Shown: positions 10,140 to 24,331 of the stretch, in pieces
Position numbering within the stretch: the first letter of the stretch is position 1
How the letters are laid out: each line of letters opens with the position of its first letter
Assembly (NCBI GenBank): GCA_963745035.1
Contig: CAVUVW010000026.1
Span: forward strand, 114,789-178,788
Source of the DNA: an uncultured delta proteobacterium
GTDB lineage: Bacteria; Desulfobacterota; Binatia; UBA9968
Reading direction: 5' to 3'
Length of the DNA: 64,000 nucleotides
Notes under the pieces: generated by a model
What the model was told of the DNA's origin: nothing
Database searches by the model: none
Seen by the model: the letters and a program-made list of their open reading frames with translations, nothing else
Translations under genes and position numbers: made by a program

Positions 10140-12434
10140 ATGAACGAGAAGCACAGTTATTCGATTGCGGGAACCAATGCGCCCAGGGTCGACGGCGTCG
10201 AAAAAGTAACCGGCAAAGCGATCTATACGGGCGATATCCAGCTTCCGGGGATGGCGCATGCGCGTATACTGCGCAGCCCCGTCGCTCACGCGAAAATCGT
10301 TAAAGTCGACGCGACAAAGGCGAAGGAGCTTCCGGGCGTTATCGCGACCCTGACGCGCGATGATATCCAAGTGTTCAATTACAAGTACGGCGCGACATAT
10401 AAAGATCAGTCGATCGTTGCAGTCGATAAGGTCCGCTACGTCGGCGATCCGGTGGCCGCGGTACTGGCCGATGATCCGCCACGGCGGAACAGGCTCTGGA
10501 GTTGATCGAAGTCGAGTACGAAGAACTGGCCGAAAGTAACCAACATCGAAGAGGCTACCGCGCCGGGAGCCGTTCTCGTTCACGAAGCGGGCGTGGCGCG
10601 CGCCGAGCTGCGCGGCTCGGTTTACGGCGCGCCGGAGCGATTCAACGGTACCAACATTTGCTATTACCTCACCTTCGGGCGCGAGGATGTGGAAAAAGGC
10701 TTTGCCAAGGCCGATCAGATTTTTGAAGACACGTTCCGCTTTCAAAAAGTTCAGCACTATTCGCTCGAAGCGCACAACAATATCGCCTACTACGACGGCG
10801 AGAAGCTCACAGTCTGGGCGTCCTGCCAGGACCCGTTCACTCTGCGCGATCATCTCTCCGGCATATTTCGTCTGCCGCTCAGCCGCATAAGAGTTATCGT
10901 CCCGTACGTCGGCGGCGGCTACGGCGGCAAGCTCTACGTCAAAGCGGAGCCAATTTCGGCGGCGCTGTCGTGGATGACACGCAGGCCGGTAAAGCTTCAG
11001 CTATCGATCAACGAAAGCTTCAAGACCGTCACGCGCCATCCGGCGCGCGTCACGGTGAAAACCGGGGTCACGAAGGACGGCAGGCTGATCGCGCGCGAGT
11101 GCCAGGTCTACATGGACACCGGCGCTTACGCGGACGCCGGTCCGCGCGTGACGCAGAAAGCGGCTTATCGAGCTCTAGGCCCTTATAGGATTCCGTACGC
11201 TAAAGTCGAAGCTTACGGTGTTTACAGCAACACCGTCCCGGCGGGTGCTTTTCGCGGTTTCGGCGCGCTGCAAGTCACTTGGGCTTACGAATCACAGATG
11301 GACATGATCGCCGATCGGCTCGGCATCGATCCGCTGGAATTCCGCATCAAGAATCTACTCAAGAAGGGCGACATCTACACGAAGGGTGACACCCCCGTGG
11401 ATTGCGATCTGGAAGAGGGACTGTTGAAAGTCGCCGACGCGATCAAGTGGAAGGAAAATTCCAGCAAGCCCAATCGCGCCAAAGGCATCAGCTGCTGCAT
11501 CAAGGACGCCGGCGGAACTTACAAAGTTGCGGGGGCCACGGTCAAAATGTCATCCGATGGCAGCATCGTCTTGCTCACCGGCACGGTTGAAATCGGTCAG
11601 GGACCGCGCACGGCATTGAGCCAAGTCGTTTCGGAAGAACTCACAGTAGGCATGGAGCAAATCACCGTTGCCCAACTCGATACCGACGTGACGCCCTACG
11701 ACATCTCCACCAGCGCCAGCAGTTCGATGGTGGTCATGGGGACTGCGGTGCTGCGAGCGGCGCAAGACGCGCGCAAGCAGTTGCTGCAGTGCGCCTCCAA
11801 GGTGCTGAAACAAAAAGTTGAAAACCTGAAACTTCACAACGGTCACGTCGTCTTTGGCGAGAGCGCGCCTATTTCCTTTAGCAAAGTGATCGTTGATTTC
11901 TTCGGCAGCAAGGCCGGAGAAATTATCGGTAAAGGACTTTACCAAGATAAAAAGAACCCCAAGGCCGTATTGGGGTCGACAACGACATTCTGGGAGGTGG
12001 GGTGGGGTGGTGTCGAGATCGAAGTCGATCCAGACACGGGTATGGTTCGGGTTCTGAATTACGTTTCTGCTTGCGATACCGGCAAGGCGATCAATCCGGA
12101 GCAGTGCATCGGCCAAGACGAAGGCGCCGTCTTATTCGGCATCGGCCACACTTTAATGGAAGAAATGGTTTACGAGGACGGCCAGCTTTTGAACGGCAAT
12201 CTGGTCGACTATCGCGTCCCAAGATTCGACGATGCGCCGGAACATCTCCACACGATTCTCATCGAGAACGGCAATGGTCCAGGTCCGTTCGGCTCCAAAG
12301 GCATCGGCGAGGGAGGCCTGTTGCCGGTCGCCTCCGCGGTCGCCAACGCGGTTGCGCGCGCGGTCGGCGTGCGCATTCAGGAATTGCCGCTCACCCCGCC
12401 GAAGATCTGGCAGGCGTTGCAACGAAAACAATAG
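10140..12434 (+). CDS. Xanthine dehydrogenase family molybdopterin-binding large subunit (compensating indels about 10478/10529)
   Basis: RVDGVEKVTG, YVGGGYGGK, AGAFRGFG, EIGQG, SKGIGEG. Confidence 0.9.
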
Positions 12435-12578
12435 CTCCGCTATCGCTTTTGATATCTTAAAGTTATTGTTTATATCGGATGCGCGGAGTTACGCCGATCT
12501 CGGCTCGGCTCGTCAGGGCTGTGAAAGCGGCATCGAAATTAGAATCGGGTCAAACTAGATCCTGCCTCATGCGAGAGA

Positions 12579-13082
12579 CTAAACCTCCAAAACCTGCCCG
12601 CATTTTTTGCACGTCGCCAACGCCGCATTGCTCTTCAATGCGTTGGTTGCCTCATTGACGGCGCCGCCCGGATCGTCGAAGCGAACCCGGGCTTCGTACA
12701 GATTATTGCCGCAGTTTTCGCACGGCCAGATGAAGCGATCGATTTCCTGCGGGCTGCGGCGGCGCTCGACGACGAAAGTCCATGAGCCGTCCGCTCGGCG
12801 CGGCGAATGCGGAATGCTGGCCGGCAAAAGAAATAAATCGCCGGCGCCCAGCACGGCGACATCGTGTTTGTCGTCTTTCAGATAATGAAGATTCAGCTCG
12901 CCTTCGAGCTGGTAGAAAATCTCATCGCCGGGATTGATGTGATAGTCTTTGCGCTTGTTCGGCCCGCGCGTGACAAATGCGATGAAATCGGAGTCCTGCC
13001 AGATGACCCTTCGCTGGCCCCAATTGCCGCGATTCTCGTCGATCCATTTCTGGAGACTGAAGCCTTTCAGATGTGGCAGCAT
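12579..13082 (-). CDS. nbaC: 3-hydroxyanthranilate 3,4-dioxygenase-like
   Basis: GPNKRKDYHINPGDEIFYQ, PHSP, VERRR, rubredoxin-like CENC...CKKC; GGAGG RBS. Confidence 0.8.
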   Translation of the reverse strand: MLPHLKGFSLQKWIDENRGNWGQRRVIWQDSDFIAFVTRGPNKRKDYHINPGDEIFYQLEGELNLHYLKDDKHDVAVLGAGDLFLLPASIPHSPRRADGSWTFVVERRRSPQEIDRFIWPCENCGNNLYEARVRFDDPGGAVNEATNALKSNAALATCKKCGQVLEV

Positions 13083-13148
13083 AAGACCTCCATCGGATGG
13101 AAACACTATAGAATTGCCTCCGGCGGGGAATCAAGGCTAAAACTAGCC

Positions 13149-13640
13149 ATGGTGTCGGCACGCAAACGAATGAAGTTGAAATCCGGCCGCATCGGCTTGA
13201 TTTCCGACACGCACGGCTTGGTTAGGCCCGAGGCGCTCGCCGCGTTGAAAGGGAGCGAGCTTATTATTCACGCCGGTGATATCGGCAATCCGGAAGTGCT
13301 CACTGCGCTCAAAGAAATTGCGCCGGTCATCGCGATTCGCGGCAACAACGATCGCGACTTTTGGGCAAAAGAGATTCCGGATTTTTTGGAGTTGAAGATC
13401 AACGGGATCAAGATCTATGTGATCCACAATGTCAATGAATGGAAGCCGGACTCCAGGGGCGCTTTTCACGCTGTGATCAGCGGCCATTCGCATAAACCGA
13501 ATGTGATCACCAAAGACGGCGTCCTTTTTATCAATCCGGGTAGCGCCGGTCCGAGACGCTTCAAACTGCCGATTGCGGTGGGCCGGCTTCGAATCGATGG
13601 TGGCAAAATCCGCGCAAATATATTCAATCTGGAAGTTTAA
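13149..13640 (+). CDS. Metallophosphoesterase (YfcE/MJ0936 family)
   Basis: ISDTH, HAGD, GNND, GHSH, NPGSAGP. Confidence 0.9.
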   Translation: MVSARKRMKLKSGRIGLISDTHGLVRPEALAALKGSELIIHAGDIGNPEVLTALKEIAPVIAIRGNNDRDFWAKEIPDFLELKINGIKIYVIHNVNEWKPDSRGAFHAVISGHSHKPNVITKDGVLFINPGSAGPRRFKLPIAVGRLRIDGGKIRANIFNLEV

Positions 13641-13652
13641 ATCGAAACTTTC

Positions 13653-13681
13653 TTGACATTGATTTAGCCGCGCGATACAAA
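13653..13681 (+). promoter_or_regulatory. Sigma-70 promoter of pyr operon
   Basis: TTGACA-17 bp-TACAAA. Confidence 0.7.
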
Positions 13682-13690
13682 AATAGCAGT

Positions 13691-13725
13691 AACCTTTTAA
13701 TCCGATCCTGTGAGGTCGGAAAAGG
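13691..13725 (+). promoter_or_regulatory. PyrR-binding RNA stem-loop (attenuator anti-antiterminator)
   Basis: CCTTTTAA TCCGA TCCTGTGAGG TCGGA AAAGG fits the PyrR loop consensus (UCCNGNGAGG); directly upstream of pyrR. Confidence 0.8.
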
Positions 13726-13760
13726 AGTTATGAAGCTGATTTCGGAAATTATTAGCGCTC

Positions 13761-13797
13761 AAAGACCCTCTCGGTGATTCCGGAGGGTCTTTTTTTA
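13761..13797 (+). terminator. Leader (attenuator) intrinsic terminator before pyrR
   Basis: AAAGACCCTC...GAGGGTCTTTTTTT. Confidence 0.85.
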
Positions 13798-13800
13798 TCT

Positions 13801-14358
13801 ATGGCTGACAAGCAGCAAGTCGTCCTGGAACAGGCGGATCTTGGCAAGGCTATCCGGCGGATGGCGCACGAGATCTTGGAAAAGTGCGCCGACCCGACGG
13901 AGCTGGTCTTGATCGGCATCCGTTCGCGCGGTGCCTATCTTGCTCGCCGGCTGGCGCGAACGATTGAGGAAATCGGGAAGTCTAGTCCTCTGGTCACGGC
14001 GATCGACGTGTCGGCGTTTCGCGACGATCGGGCCGTAACGCAGGAAAATTTATCTGGCGGCGTCTTCGAAACTGAACCCGTAGTCGAGGACAAGACCATC
14101 GTCCTGATCGATGACGTGATTTATCGCGGTCGCACGATTCGAGCCGCGATGGAGGCGGTCGAGCGTCTCGGCCAACCGAAACGAATTCTCGTGGCGGCCT
14201 TGATCGATCGCGGTTCACGCGAGTTGCCAATACGCGCCGATATCGTCGGAAAAAATATCGACGTCGCGGAAGGTCAACGGGTCAACGTTCGGCTGGTGGA
14301 GGCCGATGGGATCGATCAGGTGTTTTTGGTCGATTGGCGTGATCGTCGCGCTGTTTAG
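13801..14358 (+). CDS. pyrR: PyrR pyr operon attenuation regulator / uracil phosphoribosyltransferase
   Basis: IRRMAHEILE, IGIRSRG, LIDDVIYRGRTIRAA, DRGSRELPIRADIVGK. Confidence 0.9.
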   Translation: MADKQQVVLEQADLGKAIRRMAHEILEKCADPTELVLIGIRSRGAYLARRLARTIEEIGKSSPLVTAIDVSAFRDDRAVTQENLSGGVFETEPVVEDKTIVLIDDVIYRGRTIRAAMEAVERLGQPKRILVAALIDRGSRELPIRADIVGKNIDVAEGQRVNVRLVEADGIDQVFLVDWRDRRAV

Positions 14359-14374
14359 CGAAAAATAAAAAGAC

Positions 14375-16321
14375 ATGCGTAATCTGATTTCCATCGGCGA
14401 TTTGACCAACGAAGAGATCGAGGAAATCTTTTCTCTGGCCGATGGCGCCGACGAATTGCGCGCGGAGAGACGCGCGAGCGGCGAGATCATGGCGACGCTG
14501 TTTTATGAGCCGAGCACGCGGACGCGATTATCATTCGAATCGGCGATGCAACGGCTTGGGGGCTCGGTGATCAGTTGCTCGGACATGAAGTCATCATCGA
14601 CGGTCAAAGGCGAAACTGTCGCGGATACCGCGCGGGTCGTTTCGAGCTACGCGGATGTCTTGGTCGTACGCCACAACTGGGATGGGGCCGTGCAAGCGAT
14701 GGCGGAGCACGCCGACGTGCCTGTGATCAACGCCGGCGACGGCAGCCACGAGCATCCGACGCAAACGCTTTGCGATCTCTACACCTTGCGCAAGGAGAAG
14801 GGCGAAATCAAAGGATTGACCGTCGTGGTGTGCGGCGATTTGAAGAACGGCCGCACGATTCACTCCCTGGTTTACGCGCTGGCGCGGTTCGGCGCCAACG
14901 TGGTGACGTTGGCCGCCAACGGCATGGCCTTGCCGCAGTATGTGATCGACCGCTTGGAGCGCGAATACGATTATGCCCTCGCTCCGGTGGGATCGGATGA
15001 TCTAAACGCCGTCGTCACTGAAACTGATGCCTTATATCTCACGCCGAAGCAGCCGCATCAGCTGGCGCTTTACACGCAAGTCGACCAGGTCATTCAAGCG
15101 CGCCTCAACACCATGGCCACCGGGCTGCGTTACGACGCCTTCTATATGACGCGAAAACAAAAGGAGCGCATGAAGGAAGGCACCACGGACGTGAGCTATC
15201 CGACCATCGGCGCCAATTTTCTGCGCGAGCAGCGTTTTCAAGATACCGTGGTGATGCATCCGCTGCCGCGTGTCGATGAGCTTTCACCGGAGGTCGATAA
15301 GGACCGGCGCGGCATTTACTTCAAGCAAGCCGCCTACGGCGTACCGGTGCGCATGGCGTTACTCAAGTTCCTCCTCGACCGGCGCGCCGAAAAGCACAAC
15401 GCGTCAAAGGACGCTACCGTCTTATATCAAAGTCCCGAGCCGATCGCGCCGCAATGCCGTAATCCCAATTGCGTGACGGTGAGAGAGCCGATTTCGAGCA
15501 GTAGGCGCTTTGAGATTGTGTCGCCCGGAAAAGCCACAACGTTGATTTTGGCCTGCGCCTATTGCGACCATCGCTTCAAGGTACAAATTGTCGGCAATGT
15601 AAAATCCAAGAAATATTACGCATTCGATAGCTCGCTCATGTCGACGTTTCGTGCCTGGCTCAAGAAGGACGAGCTTGCGCTCTTTGATTCGATCAAAGTA
15701 GCGGAAGACTTGGGTTACGAGCCGTTCAAAAGCGGCCCCCAGAGAGTGCTCATGAGCGAAAGCGATATTCATGCTGCGCTGGTGAATATGGCCGGTCAGA
15801 TCCTGGGCGATTTCCAGGAACCGAGCCGTTTGCTGATTTTGGGCGTGCGCGGCGCAGGTTCCCAGCTCGCGCAGAGATTGGCTAACGAGATCGCACAACA
15901 AGCGAAGCTGAAGCCCGAAGTCGGCGAGATCGAAATTTATGGCTCGGGAGATGATCTGAGAAGACTTTCCGCAGACGACCCTGATGCCGGACCATTGAAC
16001 CTGAGGAACCGCGAAGTCATTCTGGTCGACGACGTCATATTCAGCGGTAGGACGGTCAAGAGCGCATTGAGCATCATCTTTCGCTCGGCCCGGCCGCAAT
16101 CGGTGCGGTTGGCGGTCTTGATCGACCGCGGGCATCGGGAAGTTCCGGTAAAACCGAATTACGTGGGTAAACATATTCCAAGCTCGGAATCGGACCGGGT
16201 GCGGGTCAAGCTTCGCGAGATCGAACCCGGAGGGCCCGATCAGGCAGTGATCTATACGATCATGAATCCAGGCGAGCAAGCGAGTAGGCCCGCGCGCAGC
16301 GTGGAAATGACAAGCAAGTAG
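14375..16321 (+). CDS. pyrB: Aspartate carbamoyltransferase fused to a PyrI-like Zn domain and a second PyrR-like PRTase domain
   Basis: [25 protein letters not shown]; then CRNPNCVT...CAYCD; then [29 protein letters not shown]; one continuous 648-aa frame. Confidence 0.88.
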   Translation: MRNLISIGDLTNEEIEEIFSLADGADELRAERRASGEIMATLFYEPSTRTRLSFESAMQRLGGSVISCSDMKSSSTVKGETVADTARVVSSYADVLVVRHNWDGAVQAMAEHADVPVINAGDGSHEHPTQTLCDLYTLRKEKGEIKGLTVVVCGDLKNGRTIHSLVYALARFGANVVTLAANGMALPQYVIDRLEREYDYALAPVGSDDLNAVVTETDALYLTPKQPHQLALYTQVDQVIQARLNTMATGLRYDAFYMTRKQKERMKEGTTDVSYPTIGANFLREQRFQDTVVMHPLPRVDELSPEVDKDRRGIYFKQAAYGVPVRMALLKFLLDRRAEKHNASKDATVLYQSPEPIAPQCRNPNCVTVREPISSSRRFEIVSPGKATTLILACAYCDHRFKVQIVGNVKSKKYYAFDSSLMSTFRAWLKKDELALFDSIKVAEDLGYEPFKSGPQRVLMSESDIHAALVNMAGQILGDFQEPSRLLILGVRGAGSQLAQRLANEIAQQAKLKPEVGEIEIYGSGDDLRRLSADDPDAGPLNLRNREVILVDDVIFSGRTVKSALSIIFRSARPQSVRLAVLIDRGHREVPVKPNYVGKHIPSSESDRVRVKLREIEPGGPDQAVIYTIMNPGEQASRPARSVEMTSK

Positions 16322-16325
16322 CGAG

Positions 16326-17492
16326 ATGAAAGCGATCCTAGCACTGGCCGACGGGCGAGTTTTCGAAGGAGCGTCATTCGGCGCCGAAGGCGAGGCGATC
16401 GGCGAAGTGGTGTTCAACACCAGCATGACGGGATATCAGGAGATTCTCACCGATCCGTCCTACGAAGGGCAGCTCGTCGCGATGACTTATCCGGAGATCG
16501 GCAACGTCGGGGTCAATCCGGAAGACGTGGAATCGCGCAAACCGTTCGTCAACGGCTTCATCGTCAAGAATTACACGGCGCAGCCGAGCAATTGGCGCGC
16601 CGCCCAATCGTTGCACGAATACATGAAGGCGCACGGCATCGTCGGCATTCAAGGCATCGATACCCGCTCGCTGGTGCGCTACCTGCGCGATCAGGGTTCG
16701 CAAGAAGGCATTATCTCGACGGTCACGGAGAACGTCGATGAGCTGATTGCTAAAGCCAAGAGATCCCCCGGCATGGTTGGCAAAGATCTGGTGCAAGAAG
16801 TCACCTGCGACGAGTCGTTCGATTGGAATCAAGGGATGTGGGACATCGGCACGGGCTACAAGACTCGGGATGGCGCGAAAGCCGCGCCGAAGCGCAAGGG
16901 CAGGGGAACCTTCGGCTCGCCTAATTTTTTCGTGGTCGCGTACGACTACGGCATCAAATACAACATTTTGCGCAATCTCGCCGAAGCCGGATGCCGGGTG
17001 AAGGTCGTGCCTGCGGCGACTTCAGCAGAAGATGTTTTGGCGCTCAATTCCGACGGGATTTTTCTCTCGAACGGTCCCGGCGATCCCGACGCCGTGCCCT
17101 ATGCCAAAGAAAACGTGCGCAAGCTCATCGGCAAGAAACCGATCTTCGGGATTTGTCTCGGCCATCAGATCATGGGGCTCGCGCTCGGCGGCAAAACCTA
17201 CAAGCTCAAGTTCGGGCACCATGGCGGCAATCAGCCGGTGATGGATTTGACCACGCGCAAAGTCGAGATCACCTCGCAGAATCACGGGTTCGCGGTGGAT
17301 GCCGATTCGCTCAAGGGCGCGGCTGAAGTGACCCATTTGAACCTGAACGACAATACCGTCGAAGGTTTGGCGCATCGTGAGCTGCCGATCTTCTCCGTGC
17401 AGTATCATCCGGAGTCCTCGCCCGGACCGCATGATGCGAGCTATCTTTTCAAGCGTTTCATCGACATGATGGCGAAACATCGAGGCAAGTAG
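16326..17492 (+). CDS. carA: Carbamoyl-phosphate synthase small subunit
   Basis: [34 protein letters not shown]. Confidence 0.97.
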   Translation: MKAILALADGRVFEGASFGAEGEAIGEVVFNTSMTGYQEILTDPSYEGQLVAMTYPEIGNVGVNPEDVESRKPFVNGFIVKNYTAQPSNWRAAQSLHEYMKAHGIVGIQGIDTRSLVRYLRDQGSQEGIISTVTENVDELIAKAKRSPGMVGKDLVQEVTCDESFDWNQGMWDIGTGYKTRDGAKAAPKRKGRGTFGSPNFFVVAYDYGIKYNILRNLAEAGCRVKVVPAATSAEDVLALNSDGIFLSNGPGDPDAVPYAKENVRKLIGKKPIFGICLGHQIMGLALGGKTYKLKFGHHGGNQPVMDLTTRKVEITSQNHGFAVDADSLKGAAEVTHLNLNDNTVEGLAHRELPIFSVQYHPESSPGPHDASYLFKRFIDMMAKHRGK

Positions 17493-17498
17493 CGACCC

Positions 17499-20735
<3,237 letters not shown>

Positions 20736-20741
20736 AGCAGC

Positions 20742-22943
20742 GTGAAGCCCACCGGATCTGCTCCCGATAGCCGCAACAAAAGCCAAGATCGAGCCGCCGG
20801 CGTGAGATCGGCTCTGCGCGCGCTCGACACACCGATTCAATTCCTGAGCGGCGTCGGACCCAAACGCGCCTCTCAGCTCGCCTCCGTCGGCATCAAGACC
20901 GTCGGCGACTTGCTGCAACACTTGCCGTTTCGCTATGAAGACCGGCGACAAATCAAGAAAATCTCTGCCGCGGTCCAGGGTGAGGAGGCGAGCTTTATCG
21001 GCCGGCTGATTGGGCTGCAGAGCAAATATATTCCACGCCGGCGCAGCCAAATGCTGCTCGGCATCTTGCTGGACGACATGGGCAGCAGCATGGATCTCGT
21101 TTGGTATCGCGCGCCGAAATTCTTGATCTCAGGTCTCGCGAAAGATCAAACCTTGCTCGTTCACGGTAAACTCGAGCCGAGCATGCATGGGCGCCTGCGC
21201 CTGGTTCATCCAGATTTTGAAATCATCGAGAATCACGACGATCCCCGGCTGCAACGGATACTGCCGGTTTATGTCCACCCCGCGGGCCTGTCGCTTTCTC
21301 GATTGCGCGGCTGGATGGCGCAAGCACTGAAAGATTACGACGACTATCTGCTCGAGAGTTTGCCTCAAGAGATCATCGAACGACAAAAACTCATTACTCC
21401 CGGCGCAGCTCTCGCATATCTTCATGATCCACCGCTCGATGCATCTCTCGATGTCCTAAACAGCTCTACTTCGACCGCGCACCGGACGATTATCTTCGAT
21501 GAGCTTTTTTACTTGCAGCTCGGTCTCGGTCTGCGCAAAAAATCGCGGGCACAAAGCGCCGCGGTGGATTTCGCTACACCGCGTGTTTCCCTGTGCGAGC
21601 GCATGCGCGCGCTGTTGCCTTTCAAGCTAACCGCGGCGCAGGAGCGCGTGCTCGGCGAAATCGAAACAGACATGGCGGGCGGGCAGCCCATGCAGCGGCT
21701 CGTGCAGGGTGACGTTGGATCGGGAAAGACGATGGTCGCCTGGCTTGCCTCCCTGCGCGCCATCGAGCAGGGCCGTCAAGCGCTCTGGATGGCGCCCACG
21801 GAAATTCTCGCCGAGCAGCATTATCGCAACTTGCAAAAGTTCGCCGGCGCTCTGGGAATTTCCTCGGCCTTGCTCACCGCATCAACCCCTGCCAGAGAGA
21901 AAAGGGTGGTTCTCGAGCGAATCGCGGTTGGCGATACTTTATTCGTCGTCGGCACCCACGCGCTGATTCAGGAGGAAGTCCGCGCGCCGCTGATGGCCCT
22001 GGGCGTGATCGATGAGCAGCACCGTTTCGGCGTGATGCAGCGGCTTTCCCTCCGCCGTTTGGTCAACGGCGAGAATACTAGGTCCGCTCTAGAGCCGCAT
22101 ATGCTGCTCATGAGCGCAACGCCGATTCCGCGCAGCCTCGCAATGGTGCTCTACGGCGATATGGAAGTTTCTTTCGTCGATGAGATGCCGCCCGGACGAA
22201 TCCCGATTCAAACCAGGGTGTTTAACGAGCGGGAGCGCAATCGAGTCTACGCCCTTGTCCTCGACGAGTTGAAACGCGGTCATCAGGCTTTCGTCGTGTT
22301 GCCACTCGTGGAGCCTTCCGAACAGCTCCAGCAAGTGCGCGACGCGACACAGATGGCGGAGAAGATGCGCGAGACACTATTTAAAGATTACGGCGTGGGT
22401 CTCGTCCACGGCCGGCTCAAGGCCGAGGAACGGGACCGAATCATGCGTTCTTTTCGCGATGGTAAGCTCGGCATTCTCGTCGCCACCACCGTGATCGAAG
22501 TCGGCATCGACATTCCCAATGCCACGGTGATGGTCGTTGAGCATGCCGAGCGCTTCGGCTTGTCGCAGCTCCATCAACTGCGCGGGCGAGTCGGGCGCGG
22601 GACGGCCGGCGGATATTGCCTCTTGGTCAATCGCGGCACTGGCAGCGTCCTGGCGGCCGAGCGTCTGCGCGCCATGGAAAAGGAACATGACGGCTTCAAG
22701 ATCGCCGAGGCCGATCTCAAGATCCGTGGCCCGGGCGAGCTGCTCGGCGCGCGCCAGTCCGGCTTGATGGATTTTCGCTTTGCCAATTTAGCGCGTGATG
22801 CGCGTTTGCTGGCCGAGGCGCGCCGGGAGGCCCTGGCATGGTTGGAGCACGACCCGAAACTTCGCGGCAAAGCTTCCGCAGGCATGCGAGAGATCCTGCG
22901 GCATCGCTGGGGAACGACGTTACAGTTGGGCTTGGTGGGCTGA
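20742..22943 (+). CDS. recG: ATP-dependent DNA helicase RecG
   Basis: QGDVGSGKT, DEQHRFG, MSATPIPRS, QLHQLRGRVGRG. Confidence 0.96.
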   Translation: MKPTGSAPDSRNKSQDRAAGVRSALRALDTPIQFLSGVGPKRASQLASVGIKTVGDLLQHLPFRYEDRRQIKKISAAVQGEEASFIGRLIGLQSKYIPRRRSQMLLGILLDDMGSSMDLVWYRAPKFLISGLAKDQTLLVHGKLEPSMHGRLRLVHPDFEIIENHDDPRLQRILPVYVHPAGLSLSRLRGWMAQALKDYDDYLLESLPQEIIERQKLITPGAALAYLHDPPLDASLDVLNSSTSTAHRTIIFDELFYLQLGLGLRKKSRAQSAAVDFATPRVSLCERMRALLPFKLTAAQERVLGEIETDMAGGQPMQRLVQGDVGSGKTMVAWLASLRAIEQGRQALWMAPTEILAEQHYRNLQKFAGALGISSALLTASTPAREKRVVLERIAVGDTLFVVGTHALIQEEVRAPLMALGVIDEQHRFGVMQRLSLRRLVNGENTRSALEPHMLLMSATPIPRSLAMVLYGDMEVSFVDEMPPGRIPIQTRVFNERERNRVYALVLDELKRGHQAFVVLPLVEPSEQLQQVRDATQMAEKMRETLFKDYGVGLVHGRLKAEERDRIMRSFRDGKLGILVATTVIEVGIDIPNATVMVVEHAERFGLSQLHQLRGRVGRGTAGGYCLLVNRGTGSVLAAERLRAMEKEHDGFKIAEADLKIRGPGELLGARQSGLMDFRFANLARDARLLAEARREALAWLEHDPKLRGKASAGMREILRHRWGTTLQLGLVG

Positions 22944-23119
22944 GGCGGTCGTCACGAGCTTAGGAGACATTCTCAGTTGCTGGGAAATGACAACTGTACC
23001 GCCATATCGTCGAAGGAACTGTGTTTGAAGCCTGGATGGAGCCTTTTTCTTGCACCCAATAGGGCGATAGCTTATAAAATGAGGTTATCCGTTTTTTGGA
23101 AAGGATTTAGGTAACCAAG

Positions 23120-24298
23120 GTGGAATTCCAGCGCATCAAGCGGCTGCCGCCCTACGTCTTCAGCATCATCGACGGCATGAAGATGGAAGCCCGCCATAGG
23201 GGCGAGGACATCGTCGATTTCGGCATGGGCAATCCCGATCTGCCTACGCCGCCGCACGTGGTCGCCAAGCTGGTCGAAGCCGCCAGCAAGCCGCAGAATC
23301 ACCGCTATTCGGTATCGCGCGGCATCTACAAACTGCGCCTGGCGATCGTCGCCTGGTACAAACGCCGATACAACGTCGAGCTCGATGCCGACAGCGAAGC
23401 CATCGTCACCATCGGCGCCAAGGAGGGCATATCGCATCTCGCCTGGGCGACTATCGATCCGGGCGATGTCGTGCTCTGTCCCAGCCCCACTTATCCGATC
23501 CATCAGTTCGCCGTCGTGCTCGCCGGCGGCGATCTACGCTGCATTCCGCTGACGACGAGCGAGGCTTTCTTCGGGAACCTCGAAGAAGCGATTCGCCAGA
23601 CCTGGCCCAAGCCGAAGATGCTGATCATCAGCTTTCCGCACAATCCGACCACCGAAGTGGTCGATGTGGGGTTCTTCGAGCGAGTGGTGAAGAGCGCCAA
23701 GGAACACGGCTTCCTCGTCATTCACGATCTCGCTTATGCGGATCTGACCTTCGACGGCTACGAGGCGCCGAGCTTCCTTCAGGTGCCGGGCGCGAAGGAC
23801 GTCGGCGTCGAATTTTTCTCGCTGTCGAAAAGCTACAACATGCCCGGCTGGCGAGTCGGCTTTTGCGTCGGCAACAAGGAAGTCATCCACGCCTTGGCGC
23901 GCATCAAAAGCTATCTCGACTACGGTATTTTTCAACCGATCCAGATCGCCGCGATTCAGGCGCTGAACGGACCGCAGGACTGCGTCGAAGAAATCCGTCT
24001 CATGTACGAGAGACGGCGCGATTCTTTGATCGACGGGCTCGATCGCGCCGGCTGGAAGATTCCCAAACCCAAGGGCACGATGTTCGTCTGGGCGGAGATC
24101 CCTGAGCCGGCGAAAAAGCTGGGCTCCGTCGAGTTTTGCAAATATTTGCTTCAGGAAGCTCAAGTAGCGGTGTCGCCGGGCATCGGCTTCGGCCAGTACG
24201 GCGATGAGCACGTGCGGTTTGCGCTGATCGAAAACGAGCATCGGACGAAGCAAGCTGTTCGAAAGATCAAGCGGGCGCTGGGAAAACTGCTCGACTAG
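23120..24298 (+). CDS. alaC: PLP-dependent class I aminotransferase (AlaC-like)
   Basis: [41 protein letters not shown]. Confidence 0.85.
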   Translation: MEFQRIKRLPPYVFSIIDGMKMEARHRGEDIVDFGMGNPDLPTPPHVVAKLVEAASKPQNHRYSVSRGIYKLRLAIVAWYKRRYNVELDADSEAIVTIGAKEGISHLAWATIDPGDVVLCPSPTYPIHQFAVVLAGGDLRCIPLTTSEAFFGNLEEAIRQTWPKPKMLIISFPHNPTTEVVDVGFFERVVKSAKEHGFLVIHDLAYADLTFDGYEAPSFLQVPGAKDVGVEFFSLSKSYNMPGWRVGFCVGNKEVIHALARIKSYLDYGIFQPIQIAAIQALNGPQDCVEEIRLMYERRRDSLIDGLDRAGWKIPKPKGTMFVWAEIPEPAKKLGSVEFCKYLLQEAQVAVSPGIGFGQYGDEHVRFALIENEHRTKQAVRKIKRALGKLLD

Positions 24299-24331
24299 CG
24301 CGCGTTTCCAAGCTATTTTCTCCGGACATTT

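Noticed and set aside
10140-12434. Aerobic CO dehydrogenase CoxL (given CoxD/CoxE-like genes at 47.5-49.9 kb)
   Set aside because: Active-site loop is AFRGFG, not AYxCSFR or AYxGAGR; no coxM/coxS; the MoxR/VWA pair is 35 kb away.
12579-13082. Complete kynurenine pathway cluster (nbaC plus KynB-like cyclase)
   Set aside because: The genes are 42 kb apart with no kynA/kynU/kmo in the window; the cyclase family is functionally broad.
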